Assembly: GCA_033763945.1 (NCBI GenBank)
Contig: JANRJN010000018.1
Span: 112,475 to 176,474 of the forward strand
Direction of reading: 5' to 3'
Length of the DNA: 64,000 bases
Source: Bacteroidota bacterium
GTDB taxonomy: Bacteria; Bacteroidota; Bacteroidia; B-17B0; Aurantibacillaceae
Shown here: piece by piece, positions 1-10,449 of the stretch
Layout: each line of letters opens with the position of its first letter
Numbering within the stretch: the first letter of the stretch is position 1
The notes under the pieces: generated by a model
Database searches by the model: none
Seen by the model: only the letters and a program-made list of their open reading frames with translations
Told to the model about the DNA's origin: nothing
Translations under genes and position numbers: made by a program

Positions 1-405
1 ACAACTAAAAATGCGAGTTTTAATTTTTCAATAAATGGTGTTTATCCAATAATATTAAATGTAACTAATGAATTTGGCTGTACAGCTTCTGTTACTCATA
101 CCATAAATGTTTTGCCGGAATTCACTTTTTATGCGCCAAATTCTTTCTCGCCAAATAACGATAATATAAATGATGTGTTTATTCCAATAGGTAGAGGATG
201 GGAAGCTTCAAGTTACAAATTAGCTATCTATGATCGTTGGGGTAAAAAAATGTTCGGCACTGAAGATGTTAACCAAGGTTGGGATGGAAAGGTAAACGCC
301 AGCGATAATTTTGTTGAAGAAGGAACCTATATTTACAAAGCGGAGGTTAATGACAGCTCTAAAAAATTGCACAGTTATGTTGGGCATATTACTGTAATAA
401 AGTAG
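1..405 (+). CDS. T9SS type B / gliding-motility-associated C-terminal domain protein, C-terminal fragment (5' end outside window)
   Basis: Frame 1 is open from base 1. The tail FYAPNSFSPNNDNINDVFIPIG...YDRWGKKMF...GWDGK...GTYIYKAEV matches the CHU_C/type B sorting domain pattern. The preceding VTNEFGCTASVTHTINV looks like the end of a PKD/Ig repeat. Confidence 0.75.
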   Translation, partial: TTKNASFNFSINGVYPIILNVTNEFGCTASVTHTINVLPEFTFYAPNSFSPNNDNINDVFIPIGRGWEASSYKLAIYDRWGKKMFGTEDVNQGWDGKVNASDNFVEEGTYIYKAEVNDSSKKLHSYVGHITVIK

Positions 406-484
406 TAAATAAAAGATTTTTAATCTTTCCCAATTTTTCAAAATCTTTGTAATCTTTCAAAATCAAAACGTAAATTTACATTCT

Positions 485-1252
485 ATGGATAAACGTGCGG
501 AATCGTTTTTACGCTTACTAAAAATAATGGATGAATTGCGAGAGCAATGTCCTTGGGATAAAAAACAAACCATTGAAAGTTTAAGACATTTAACCATTGA
601 GGAAACTTACGAGTTAAGCGACGCTATTTTAAAAAATGATTTAACAGAAATAAGAAAAGAATTAGGAGATATTTTATTGCACATTGTATTTTATGCTCGA
701 ATTGCAAGTGAAACAAAAACGTTTGATATTGCAGATGTAATGAATGGCTTGTGTGATAAACTTATTTTTCGTCACCCACATATTTATGGAAGTGTAAAGG
801 CAGAAACTGAAGAGCAGGTAAAACAAAATTGGGAACAATTAAAGCAAAAAGAAAAGGGAGGTAATACTTCTGTTTTAAGTGGTGTTCCTAATAGTATGCC
901 TGCCCTGTTGAAAGCATATCGTATACAGGAAAAAGCTCGCGCAGTTGGTTTTGACTGGGAAGATCCCTCTCAGGTGTTTGAAAAAGTAAAAGAGGAATTA
1001 AATGAGTTTGAAGTAGAAGTGAAAAATGAAAATAAAACATTGGCCGAAAAAGAGTTTGGTGATGTATTATTTTCGTTAATTAATTACGCTCGTTTTTTAA
1101 ATATTAATCCCGAGGATGCTTTAGAGCAAACCAATAAAAAATTTATCAAACGCTTCGGCTATATGGAAGAAAAAGTAAAAGCCCAAGGCAAGCAAATAGC
1201 TGATTGCAAGTTAGAAGAGCTGGATAAATATTGGAACGAAGCAAAAAATTAA
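485..1252 (+). CDS. mazG: Nucleoside triphosphate pyrophosphohydrolase MazG
   Basis: 255 aa with two MazG halves: CPWDKKQTIESLRHLTIEETYELSDAI...GDILLHIVFYARIA and EELNEFEVEV...FGDVLFSLINYARF. Confidence 0.85.
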   Translation: MDKRAESFLRLLKIMDELREQCPWDKKQTIESLRHLTIEETYELSDAILKNDLTEIRKELGDILLHIVFYARIASETKTFDIADVMNGLCDKLIFRHPHIYGSVKAETEEQVKQNWEQLKQKEKGGNTSVLSGVPNSMPALLKAYRIQEKARAVGFDWEDPSQVFEKVKEELNEFEVEVKNENKTLAEKEFGDVLFSLINYARFLNINPEDALEQTNKKFIKRFGYMEEKVKAQGKQIADCKLEELDKYWNEAKN

Positions 1253-1387
1253 TACTAATCAGCTATAGATTTCATAAATTTCACAGATTCATTTAAAATA
1301 ACAAAATAATAACAATTTTTTGAAAAGAGAAAACAATATTAATCTGTGTTATCTGCGCAATCTGTGGCATTTTAAAAAAATAAAAAC

Positions 1388-2041
1388 TTGAAATTATTCT
1401 TAAAAAATAACGCATTAATTCTATCTATTTATTTTGCTGTAATATTTACAGCTATTTATTTTTTATTGAATTACGATAAAACAACTATTCATATCTATTT
1501 AAATCAAATGGTAGGTAATAAATGGTTAGATACTTTTTTCTATTACATAACCTATTTTGGTGATGGAAGAGTAGCACCTTTTTTAATCATTCTAATATTT
1601 TTGTACAATATTCGATTAGGTATTTGCGCTACATTTTCTGTAATTATTGCAACATCTTTCTCTTCCGTATTAAAACACTATTTTTTTGACGAAGTATTTC
1701 GCCCGGGTTTTGTTTTTGAATGGTTTAATCATACACCAATAAAATACGTTAAAAATCAATTTTTGCATATAGGTAACAGCTTTCCAAGCGGACATTCAAC
1801 TCAGGTATTTGCCATTTTTATGTGTTTAGTTTTTGGCGTAAAGAATAACTTTTTCAAATTCATTTTTCTTTCAATCGCTTTATTAACTGCGTTTAGTAGA
1901 ACGTATCTGTCGCAACATTGGTTGGTTGATGTAACAGTGGGCAGTATTATTGGGAGCACTACTAGTTTCTTATTTTATTATTTATTAATTCTCAGAAATA
2001 AATTCATTAAACTAAATAAATCATTAATAAAAAACAGGTGA
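1388..2041 (+). CDS. PAP2-family lipid phosphatase (membrane)
   Basis: Multi-TM protein with PAP2 blocks SFPSGHS and SRTYLSQHWLVDV. The track start is TTG, so the exact start is uncertain. The stop overlaps the next start (GTGA at 2038-2041). Confidence 0.7.
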   Translation: MKLFLKNNALILSIYFAVIFTAIYFLLNYDKTTIHIYLNQMVGNKWLDTFFYYITYFGDGRVAPFLIILIFLYNIRLGICATFSVIIATSFSSVLKHYFFDEVFRPGFVFEWFNHTPIKYVKNQFLHIGNSFPSGHSTQVFAIFMCLVFGVKNNFFKFIFLSIALLTAFSRTYLSQHWLVDVTVGSIIGSTTSFLFYYLLILRNKFIKLNKSLIKNR

Positions 2042-3777
2042 CACTTCCATTCAAAAATAATTTATTGGTTGGCGCTTTAATTGCTTTGATTGCGGGATTA
2101 ATTTTTATCCCTTTTATTGGTAATTGCCCTTTGTTTGATTGGGATGAAGTGAATTTTGCAGAATGTGCTCGCGAAATGGTTATTTCAAAAAAATATGCAG
2201 AGGTGCAATTAAACTACCAACCTTTTTGGGAGAAACCCCCTTTATTTATTTGGATGCAAGCAGCATGCATGAATGTATTTGGCGTAAATGAATTTTCGGC
2301 ACGTTTACCTAACGCCCTTTGTAGTGTTTTTACTTTAATTACTTTATTTATTATTGGTAAAAAATTTTATTCTCAAAAATTCGGAATTATATGGAGTTTA
2401 TTATATACTGCTACACTCTTACCGCACCTCTATTTTAAGTCGGGTTTAATTGATCCGTGGTTTAACTTATTTATTTTTATTTCGGTTTATAATTGTATTC
2501 AGTTTATAAATAACCCAAACGGGAAACTACAATTAGGTAATTCTTTTTTTGCTGGGGTATGTTTGGGTTTGGCTGTTTTAACAAAAGGCCCGGCAGCATT
2601 GGTTATAGTAGCCTTAATTTTTTTAGTGTATTTTATTTTAAGTAAATCGTTGGCTTTGTTTACAACAAAAGTATTATGGTTATTTATTTTTACAACTATA
2701 CTAGTAAGCGGAAGCTGGTTTTTGGTTGAATTTTTAAATGGAAATGAAAATATTATTAAAGAATTTATTGAATACCAAATACGGCTTCTCAAAACCGAGG
2801 ACGCAGGGCATGGAGGTCCTTTTATTTATCACTTTGTTGTATTATTAATTGGTTGTTTTCCTGCATCATTAATTTTTATTAGTTCTTATTTCAAAAAAAC
2901 AGCTTTAACCCCCTACCAATTATTAGTAAGGAAAATTATGCTTATTTTGTTTTGGGTAGTATTAATTTTATTTTCTATTGCTAAGACAAAAATTGTTCAT
3001 TATTCTTCCCTGTGTTATTTTCCCATTACGTTTATTTCAACAATTGGAATTGTCATGTTTTTTAAAGAATTAAAATTAAAGTCCTATTTAAAAATTATGT
3101 ATTGGATAATTACATCAATTATTACTGTATTATTTATTGCCGTTGGCTTTATTAATTTGTTTAAGAACAAGCTGATTAATTCCAATTTAATTGATGATAT
3201 TTTCGCAAAAGAAAATTTGAAAGCAGATGTACATTGGAGTGGTTTTGAATGGTTAGTTGGAGTTGTATTTTTGATTGGTGCAATTATTTTATTTATAGCC
3301 ATTCAAAAGCAAAAAGTGAAGTGGGTTAATTATAGTTTAATTTCATTTGTTTTGTTTATTTATTTTGCAATTATTCTTATCATTCCAAAAGTAGAGCAAT
3401 ACACCCAGCATGCGGCAGTTGAATTTTATCAAACTTGCGCAGCGAAAAAATGTTACGTTGAGACTCATCTTTTTAAAAGCTATGCTTATTTGTTTTACAG
3501 CAATCGTTTACCGTCCGATTATCAAAATCCTCAACAACTTAAAGATATTGAAGCTTTTTTGATAGAAGATGAAAAATTAGGCAACTCCCGTTACACAAGT
3601 TATTCTAAAGCAAATGGCAGTTGGATGAAAAATGGGCTTATTGATAGGCCGGTTTACATGGTTGCAAAAATTCAAGATGAAAAATCAATGTTTACTAATT
3701 TGGAATTTAAAAAATTGTATTCTAAAAACGGGTTTAGTTTTTTTGAGCGACTGCCAAAAGCAACTCAAGGGAAGTAG
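2038..3777 (+). CDS. ArnT/PMT-like (GT-C, family 39/83) lipid-carrier-dependent glycosyltransferase
   Basis: 579 aa with many TM segments. The N-terminal DEVNFAECAREM...EKPPLFIWM pattern is typical of ArnT-like enzymes. Confidence 0.7.
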   Translation: MTLPFKNNLLVGALIALIAGLIFIPFIGNCPLFDWDEVNFAECAREMVISKKYAEVQLNYQPFWEKPPLFIWMQAACMNVFGVNEFSARLPNALCSVFTLITLFIIGKKFYSQKFGIIWSLLYTATLLPHLYFKSGLIDPWFNLFIFISVYNCIQFINNPNGKLQLGNSFFAGVCLGLAVLTKGPAALVIVALIFLVYFILSKSLALFTTKVLWLFIFTTILVSGSWFLVEFLNGNENIIKEFIEYQIRLLKTEDAGHGGPFIYHFVVLLIGCFPASLIFISSYFKKTALTPYQLLVRKIMLILFWVVLILFSIAKTKIVHYSSLCYFPITFISTIGIVMFFKELKLKSYLKIMYWIITSIITVLFIAVGFINLFKNKLINSNLIDDIFAKENLKADVHWSGFEWLVGVVFLIGAIILFIAIQKQKVKWVNYSLISFVLFIYFAIILIIPKVEQYTQHAAVEFYQTCAAKKCYVETHLFKSYAYLFYSNRLPSDYQNPQQLKDIEAFLIEDEKLGNSRYTSYSKANGSWMKNGLIDRPVYMVAKIQDEKSMFTNLEFKKLYSKNGFSFFERLPKATQGK

Positions 3778-3875
3778 AATATAAAGTTTCTTTACAATTG
3801 TTACTTTTGTTAAAAAATCTAAAACAAATTTTTACTATATTTAAACATTGGTACATTTGTTGTATACCCAAAACT

Positions 3876-5006
3876 ATGATAAAAAAAACTTTAGTATTAG
3901 CCTTTACTTTTTTAGTTGTGTCTTTTTTTGGACAGAAGCAAATAAGCAAAACATTTAATTTTAAAATTGAAGGAACAATCAGAAATTTTACAGGTAAAAC
4001 TATTTATGTTCATCACAAATGGGATGATAAGGATATAACAGACTCAGCCAAAGTAGTAAATAATAAATTTCAATTTAATTTAAAAAGTGTTGATCCAAAC
4101 ATGTACTGGTTTACCACCACCAACGTGATTTCAGCACAGCCTAATTATATATTTTTTGTTGATGCTGGTACAATTAAAGCTAATTTAATAGGCGACTCAA
4201 TTGCTTATTCAACGGTTGATGGTGGCCAAACTCAAAAAGATTATATAGAGTACCGCCAATTAATAAATTCATTTGTTATGCAACAGCAACAAATGCAAGC
4301 AGATTACAATACTGCTAACCAAGCCGGTGACTTTGCTAAAATGAATGAGATTAAAGAGAAGTACTCAAGCTTAAATGCTTCATACATTGGCGGTCTTAAA
4401 AATTTTGTAAAAACTCACCCAAAAAGTGCCATAAGTGGTTACATCATTTATAATGACTTTAATAATCCAAGTGTACCAATGACTGATGTTATTGAGGCTT
4501 TAAGTTTCGTTGATAAAAGCATAGAAAATACTAAATTTATTAAGTTAGCGCAAGCTCGTGTTGATGCTGTAAAAGGAACGATGGTGGGGTATCCCGCAAA
4601 TAATTTTACTCAAAATACCCCTGAAGGCAAACCCATTAAGTTAAGTGATTACAAAGGAAAAAAAGTAGTATTGGTTGATTTTTGGGCTAGTTGGTGTGGG
4701 CCCTGTCGGATGGAAAATCCGAATGTAGTGGCGGCCTATAATAAGTATAAAGATAAGGGATTTACAGTGTTGGGAGTTTCTTTCGATTCAAGTAAAGAAA
4801 AGTGGGTAGAGGCTATTGCTAAAGATAATTTAACATGGGATCATGTAAGTGACCTAAAAGCTTGGGGAAATGAAGCTGGTAAATTGTATAACATCACAGG
4901 TATTCCTGCCAATGTATTGGTTGATAAGGAAGGTAAAATTATTGGTAAAAACCTACGAGGAGCTGAGTTAGATATGAAATTGGAAGAGTTTTTTAATAAA
5001 AAATAA
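3876..5006 (+). CDS. TlpA/ResA-like thiol:disulfide oxidoreductase (thioredoxin fold)
   Basis: CXXC motif in FWASWCGPC within a C-terminal thioredoxin-like domain. I moved the start from 3798 to the ATG at 3876, which gives the signal peptide MIKKTLVLAFTFLVVSFFG. Confidence 0.8.
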   Translation: MIKKTLVLAFTFLVVSFFGQKQISKTFNFKIEGTIRNFTGKTIYVHHKWDDKDITDSAKVVNNKFQFNLKSVDPNMYWFTTTNVISAQPNYIFFVDAGTIKANLIGDSIAYSTVDGGQTQKDYIEYRQLINSFVMQQQQMQADYNTANQAGDFAKMNEIKEKYSSLNASYIGGLKNFVKTHPKSAISGYIIYNDFNNPSVPMTDVIEALSFVDKSIENTKFIKLAQARVDAVKGTMVGYPANNFTQNTPEGKPIKLSDYKGKKVVLVDFWASWCGPCRMENPNVVAAYNKYKDKGFTVLGVSFDSSKEKWVEAIAKDNLTWDHVSDLKAWGNEAGKLYNITGIPANVLVDKEGKIIGKNLRGAELDMKLEEFFNKK

Positions 5007-5091
5007 ACCTTAATCTTAGTCAGTTATTCTGTATCTTATTAACTTTTCTCAACAAAAAAGTATTAAATTCGTCAAAATTTTAAAAACACAT

Positions 5092-7191
5092 ATGAACACA
5101 TCTAAATTTGTTGCAATCGCCTTTACATCTGCAATTTGTTTTACTGCCCAAGCGCAAGAACCTATCGTGATGAAAATTAACGAAAAACAAATTACCAAAG
5201 CAGAGTTTGAAGCAGTTTACAAAAAAAATAATGGTAAAGAGGTAAATAACTCTACTAAATCAGTGAATGAGTATGTTGATTTATTTTCTTTATTTAAAAG
5301 CAAAGTGTTTGAAGCTGAGAGTTTGGGTTTAGACACGTTAACTACATTTAAAACTGAGTTGGCAGGCTACCGTCGTCAATTAGCAGCACCATATTTAACC
5401 GATAAAAATACAAACGAAAATTTATTAACCGAAGCCTACGAGCGCATGAAATCAGAAGTTCGTGCAAGCCATATTTTATTTAGAGTTGATGAAACGGCTC
5501 TTCCTAAAGACACTTTGGAAGCTTGGACTCGCGCAAACATTACGCGCAACGCAGTATTAGGTAAATTACCTACAGCATCTGAAATTGCTAACTATGATAA
5601 ACTCCTAAAAAACACCCAAGAGGTTGCAAAAAATTTAAAAGGAAAGGACAGCAGTATTTACAAAGCAAAGATAAATGCTGTAAAAAACTTAGCAGAATAT
5701 TATAAAAACGCAACAGATAAGTTTCAAGATATTGCACCAAAAACAAGTGATGATCCAAGCGCATTAGATAATAAAGGCGATTTAAATTATTTCACAGCTA
5801 TGAACATGGTGTATCCTTTTGAAAATGCGGCTTATAACACTAAAGTTGGTGATGTAAGTCCGGTAATAAGATCAAAATTTGGATATCACATTTTAAAAGT
5901 ATACGATAAACGTCCTTACCGTGGAGAAGTTTCTGTTTCCCATATCATGGCCAAATTCTCTAAAGATGCAAGTGAACAAGATAAAGCAAATGCTAAAACT
6001 AAAATAGATGAAATCTATCAAAAATTAAAAGGAGGTGCTAACTTCGAAGAATTAGCACGTCAATTTAGTGATGATGGACAATCAAAAGATCGTGGCGGTC
6101 AATTACAACCATTTAAAAGTGGACGTTTACCTAAGTCATTTGAAGATGCAGCTTTTGATTTAAAAGCAAATGGAGATTACAGCCAGCCTGTTATGACCCA
6201 ATACGGATGGCACATTATTAAACGTAACGATTTAAAATTATTAGCACCTTTTAACGAAATAAAAAATGATATTAAAACACAAGTTAGTCGCGACAGTCGT
6301 TCTCAAGCAGGCCGTACAGCTCTAATTGAACGTGTTAAAAAAGAAAGCAGTTTTAAAGAAAATTTAAAAAATCGTGATGAATTGTGTAAGGCAATTGATA
6401 CAACCTACTTAAAAGCTACTTGGAAAGCTGATAAAATTGCTAAGTTAGGTAACAAAGAAATTTTCAATTTAGCTGGTAAATCATATACTCAAAACGATTT
6501 CGCAAAGTTTTTAGAAACACAAATGACCTTTAGAAGCCCTACCGATGTTAATGAATTAACAAAAGGGATGTACAAAACTTGGGTAGAAGAAAGTATAGTG
6601 AGTTATGAAGATACTCAATTAGAAAAAAAATACCCTGACTTCAGAAATTTATTACGCGAGTACCGCGATGGTATTTTATTGTTTGATTTAACAGATCAAA
6701 AAGTATGGAGTAAGGCCGTTAAAGATACCACCGGCTTGAAAGAATACTACGAAAAAAACAAAACGAATTTTATGTGGGATGAACGCGCCGATGTTACCAC
6801 TTACAAATGCATTGATGAGAAAGTAGCAAAGGAATTGCGTAAAATGCTTAAAGCAAATAAGGGTGAAAAAGAAATTACTGCTGCATTAAATAAAACATCT
6901 CAATTAAACGTTGCTGTTGAAAATATTACTTATTTAAAAGGTGAAAACAAAAACGTAGATGCCAATTGGAAACAAGGGGTTGTGGAAAAAGATATTAAAG
7001 ACGAGAAAGAAAATAAAGTATTGGTAATTGTTATAAATAAAATATCGCCTAAGTCTCCTAAAACATTGCCAGAGTGCAGAGGTTTAGTAACTGCCGATTA
7101 TCAAAATTACCTTGAAAAAGAATGGTTAGCTTATCTTAAAAATAAGTATAAAGTAACAACTTATAAAGAAGTATTGGATACTATTAAATAG
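5092..7191 (+). CDS. Periplasmic peptidylprolyl isomerase (parvulin type, SurA/PpiD-like)
   Basis: Signal peptide plus two parvulin cores (ASHILF...FGYHILKV and VSHIMAKF...YGWHIIKR). Confidence 0.8.
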   Translation: MNTSKFVAIAFTSAICFTAQAQEPIVMKINEKQITKAEFEAVYKKNNGKEVNNSTKSVNEYVDLFSLFKSKVFEAESLGLDTLTTFKTELAGYRRQLAAPYLTDKNTNENLLTEAYERMKSEVRASHILFRVDETALPKDTLEAWTRANITRNAVLGKLPTASEIANYDKLLKNTQEVAKNLKGKDSSIYKAKINAVKNLAEYYKNATDKFQDIAPKTSDDPSALDNKGDLNYFTAMNMVYPFENAAYNTKVGDVSPVIRSKFGYHILKVYDKRPYRGEVSVSHIMAKFSKDASEQDKANAKTKIDEIYQKLKGGANFEELARQFSDDGQSKDRGGQLQPFKSGRLPKSFEDAAFDLKANGDYSQPVMTQYGWHIIKRNDLKLLAPFNEIKNDIKTQVSRDSRSQAGRTALIERVKKESSFKENLKNRDELCKAIDTTYLKATWKADKIAKLGNKEIFNLAGKSYTQNDFAKFLETQMTFRSPTDVNELTKGMYKTWVEESIVSYEDTQLEKKYPDFRNLLREYRDGILLFDLTDQKVWSKAVKDTTGLKEYYEKNKTNFMWDERADVTTYKCIDEKVAKELRKMLKANKGEKEITAALNKTSQLNVAVENITYLKGENKNVDANWKQGVVEKDIKDEKENKVLVIVINKISPKSPKTLPECRGLVTADYQNYLEKEWLAYLKNKYKVTTYKEVLDTIK

Positions 7192-7254
7192 TAAAAAAGC
7201 AGAGTTTTACTCAAGTTTTTTTGTTTTAATCTAAACTCATATATTTATAATAGT

Positions 7255-8526
7255 ATGAGAACAAAATTAGTTTTACTTTCCGTTATTTTGTTAGCTTTAT
7301 TTTTCTCTTGTGGGGAAAAGAATGATGAGGATGCTTTTCGTAAGGCGGAAGAAAAAAGGATACAAGCGCAATTGAATAATCCAAAACTTGAGTTGTATAA
7401 AGCCATGAAAATTGCTTTACGCTCTACAGCAACGGTGGGTAAAAATCCTGAATTGGATAAAGCCCGACAAAGTATGTTTAATTTAGTTGGGAGTGTTTTT
7501 AAATCAAACGCATCCGACAAATCAGTTGAAATAAATCCATTAGAATTAATTGTTTTTGCTAAAGAAGTTTATGATAGTAAGGAAACGCTTCTGAAAACCG
7601 ACGAAGATTCGTTACCAACTTTATTAGGAAATATTTTTTATTTGTTTACAAATTCGCCTGAAATTAAATCTTCTTATTTTCCTTTTGCTTACAATAATAA
7701 TTCGGAGCATATGATTTTGTCATTACTCTGGCAAACAACTCCTTCTGCACCAAAAGATTTTGCCTTATACGAAATTTATAAATCTAACGAAAACAACATC
7801 AACGATGTAAGCATGAAATTAGTGTATCAATTGTGCAAGTCGTTTGTGTTTTACGAAAATACGTTCTATTATCACTCCTTTGATAAATGTAATGACTATT
7901 TGAAATACATGGAATCCAATAAGGACATGATTTCAAAAACCCCAATCATTAGTGTTGTCGATCAGAATATTGTTGCAAATGAACAAAACTATTATCAACT
8001 GCATGCCATGGGGCTTATTATGCGTGCTTTGAATGAAAGAGAAATGGATAAAGAGAAAGAATCATTAAACGATATGAAATTTTTTTTGGCAGATATGGAA
8101 AAAGGAGGTTTGGATAACGAATTAACATGGCTGGTAAGTGCATATGTGTATGTTAGTGAAGAAGAATATGAGAAGGCCTTACCTGCTTTAGAAAAACTCG
8201 AAAAAAGTAGTATAATAAGTGAGCCGGAAAAACAGGCGATGTCTGAATTAAAGGGGTATATCAAATCCAGAAAAAAAGGCAACGCATTAAATGTTATTAA
8301 CGATAAACTAGCTTTTGGAAAAATTACAGTTAACTTACTCTCAAATAGACTAAAGTCATCAAAACAATTATTAGACTTAGAAAAAAGTAAAGAAGGTAAA
8401 AAGTTAATTCAAGTTCAAGAAGAAATGAACTCTAAAATGAACTATTTGGAGGATACTAATAAATCTTTAAACGTAGATAGCTTAAGTGCGAAAGCAAAAA
8501 ATCTTCTTGATGGCGTACTAAAGTAA
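7255..8526 (+). CDS. Hypothetical lipoprotein
   Basis: Signal peptide with lipobox (LLALFFSCGEK); helical and Lys/Glu-rich; no family recognised. Confidence 0.5.
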   Translation: MRTKLVLLSVILLALFFSCGEKNDEDAFRKAEEKRIQAQLNNPKLELYKAMKIALRSTATVGKNPELDKARQSMFNLVGSVFKSNASDKSVEINPLELIVFAKEVYDSKETLLKTDEDSLPTLLGNIFYLFTNSPEIKSSYFPFAYNNNSEHMILSLLWQTTPSAPKDFALYEIYKSNENNINDVSMKLVYQLCKSFVFYENTFYYHSFDKCNDYLKYMESNKDMISKTPIISVVDQNIVANEQNYYQLHAMGLIMRALNEREMDKEKESLNDMKFFLADMEKGGLDNELTWLVSAYVYVSEEEYEKALPALEKLEKSSIISEPEKQAMSELKGYIKSRKKGNALNVINDKLAFGKITVNLLSNRLKSSKQLLDLEKSKEGKKLIQVQEEMNSKMNYLEDTNKSLNVDSLSAKAKNLLDGVLK

Positions 8527-9720
8527 TTATACTTTTAAGGCTTTTACTTTACTAAATACCAACAATGCCAAAAAAGAAAAGGCTATTGATAAATACCCCA
8601 AAATAGGATAATTGTGTAGTGTTTTATCTTCGCTTTGTATCATAATAAATCCACCAATTAAAGAAGCAATTGATACTGCAAATTGTTGAATAGACGAATT
8701 TAAAATTAAAAAAGCACCACGTATTTGGGGTTCAGCAGTCGAAGTAGTATGCGCCATTGAAATAACCATTCGTGATCCGCTAAACACAAAAAAGCTGGCA
8801 GTAAAACAAAACAATACTAATTTATTATGTGTTTCTAAATTGGGAATACCAATTAATGGAATTAAAGCAAGTATTGAAAGCCCAATTAAAACTTTTTGAC
8901 GCCCAATTTTATCACTTAACTTACCAATTAATGGAGAGAATACTGCAGTTAATAACCCCCCAATAATATAAACAAACGGCACAGTACTGGCATAATCAAA
9001 TTTTAAGTTAAAGGTAAAGTAATCCGTTAAAAACGGAATAATAAAAAAGTGAGAAGGCATTATTACCGCAGTTAATAGTAGCGCCCATCTACGATTTTTT
9101 TCACCCAAAACACTTTTTAAAACACCCATAAAGCTCTGTGGTTTGTATGTTGCCAAATGTCCTGTAAAGGAAGGTACAACAAACAACGCTCCAAAAAATA
9201 CAACCGCACATATACAACCTAAAACAATAAACGGTGTATACCAACTGTAATGTGCGGCCAAAAACAATCCACCAGGTACACCTAAAACACTTGCTAAAGC
9301 AAACCCCATCATTAAAATACCCATAGCTTGTCCTCTGTTTTTTGCAGGAATTGCATCACCTACAATCGATTGAATAATAGAACCCGAAACACCACCAAAT
9401 AAACCGGTTGCAAAACGGGCAATAACTAACATAATATAATTAGGAGCTAAACCACAACAAAAAGTACCAATCGTAAACCCGGCATAAATAAATATTAATA
9501 CCTTTTTTCTGTCGTATCTATCAACTTTATTAACGCAGATTAAAGACGATAAAAATGCCCCAAATCCGTATGCAAAAACTGCAATGCCAAATTGTTGAGG
9601 GTTTATTCCCCACATTTCCGTTAACTTGGGTTTAAGTGGCATTAAAATCATAAAATCTACAATTCCAGTAAATTGAACAAAAGCTAGAATTAACAAGAGT
9701 ACCACATCAGAACGCTTCAT
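8527..9720 (-). CDS. MFS transporter
   Basis: 397 aa with about 12 hydrophobic helices and an MFS-type TM2-TM3 loop (VDRYDRKKVL). Confidence 0.8.
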   Translation of the reverse strand: MKRSDVVLLLILAFVQFTGIVDFMILMPLKPKLTEMWGINPQQFGIAVFAYGFGAFLSSLICVNKVDRYDRKKVLIFIYAGFTIGTFCCGLAPNYIMLVIARFATGLFGGVSGSIIQSIVGDAIPAKNRGQAMGILMMGFALASVLGVPGGLFLAAHYSWYTPFIVLGCICAVVFFGALFVVPSFTGHLATYKPQSFMGVLKSVLGEKNRRWALLLTAVIMPSHFFIIPFLTDYFTFNLKFDYASTVPFVYIIGGLLTAVFSPLIGKLSDKIGRQKVLIGLSILALIPLIGIPNLETHNKLVLFCFTASFFVFSGSRMVISMAHTTSTAEPQIRGAFLILNSSIQQFAVSIASLIGGFIMIQSEDKTLHNYPILGYLSIAFSFLALLVFSKVKALKV

Positions 9721-9835
9721 AAGCTATTTTAAGAAATCGTAAAGGTATTTTTAATTTATTACACAAACGTTAAATTATTTTTGATAATAATAATTTAATT
9801 TTTAGTTTTGATTAAACCAATTAAAAAATAAAAAT

Positions 9836-10276
9836 ATGTTCGATTTAAAAACAGCTGTAACCAACATCGCCGAGCGTTGGAAGTACAAGTTAGATGAGAC
9901 TAGTCCTGGCATTTACAGAGTAGACGTTGCTATTAAACAAAAAGACGATAGCTGGCGTTATCAAAACGTTTGGGTTTGGGAGATTAAAGGACGTCATTTT
10001 GGTAAAGATGTAATTTATATGAATAGTCGTTGTGGAGAATATAATCCAAATTTAAATCACTATAAATTATTAAAAGAAAGTGGTTATGGTACCTTTGCAC
10101 AAGTTACTGTTACAACCGACAAACGTCCTGATGGAAGTCCTTGTGAAACTGTAATTGTTCAAGCTGTTCATCCAACAGAATTAATTAGCGAAGCTATTTT
10201 AAACGAAATGCTTTATGATGTTGGTTTTAATGCGGATATTATTGAAGCAACTTATTTTGGTGGAGATAAACACTAA
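9836..10276 (+). CDS. Hypothetical protein
   Basis: Clean 146-aa ORF followed by a terminator hairpin; no family recognised. Confidence 0.5.
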   Translation: MFDLKTAVTNIAERWKYKLDETSPGIYRVDVAIKQKDDSWRYQNVWVWEIKGRHFGKDVIYMNSRCGEYNPNLNHYKLLKESGYGTFAQVTVTTDKRPDGSPCETVIVQAVHPTELISEAILNEMLYDVGFNADIIEATYFGGDKH

Positions 10277-10299
10277 TTAATAATTAAAATAAATGAAAA

Positions 10300-10326
10300 A
10301 GCTGTTAGAAATAACAGCTTTTTTTA
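10300..10326 (+). terminator. Rho-independent terminator
   Basis: AGCTGTTA-gaaa-TAACAGCT forms an 8-bp stem, followed by a T-run at 10320-10326. Confidence 0.6.
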
Positions 10327-10330
10327 TTTC

Positions 10331-10441
10331 TGTCAGTTCGAGTAATTTCGGAGTGATAGCGAAGAAATTTATCGAGAACTAAAGAAGAAACACTTCTCGA
10401 TACGCTCTCACGCTGAGGCGTGATCGCTACTCGAAGTGACA
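10331..10441. repeat. Nested-palindrome intergenic repeat (same family as 61192-61748)
   Basis: TGTCAGTTCGAGTA...TTCTCGATACGC...TACTCGAAGTGACA. The outer arms are complementary, and the CGAGTA/TCGATAC cores match the other copies. Confidence 0.6.
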
Positions 10442-10449
10442 ATCTTGTT

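Noticed and set aside
220-441. Antisense or alternative-frame ORFs in the housekeeping region (for example 220-441, 2499-2792, 3084-3302, 7245-7520, 7995-8282, 10601-10831, 11316-11534, 14399-14629, 16599-16784, 25118-25453, 26645-26902)
   Set aside because: Each overlaps a longer ORF with a clear family assignment on the other strand or in another frame.
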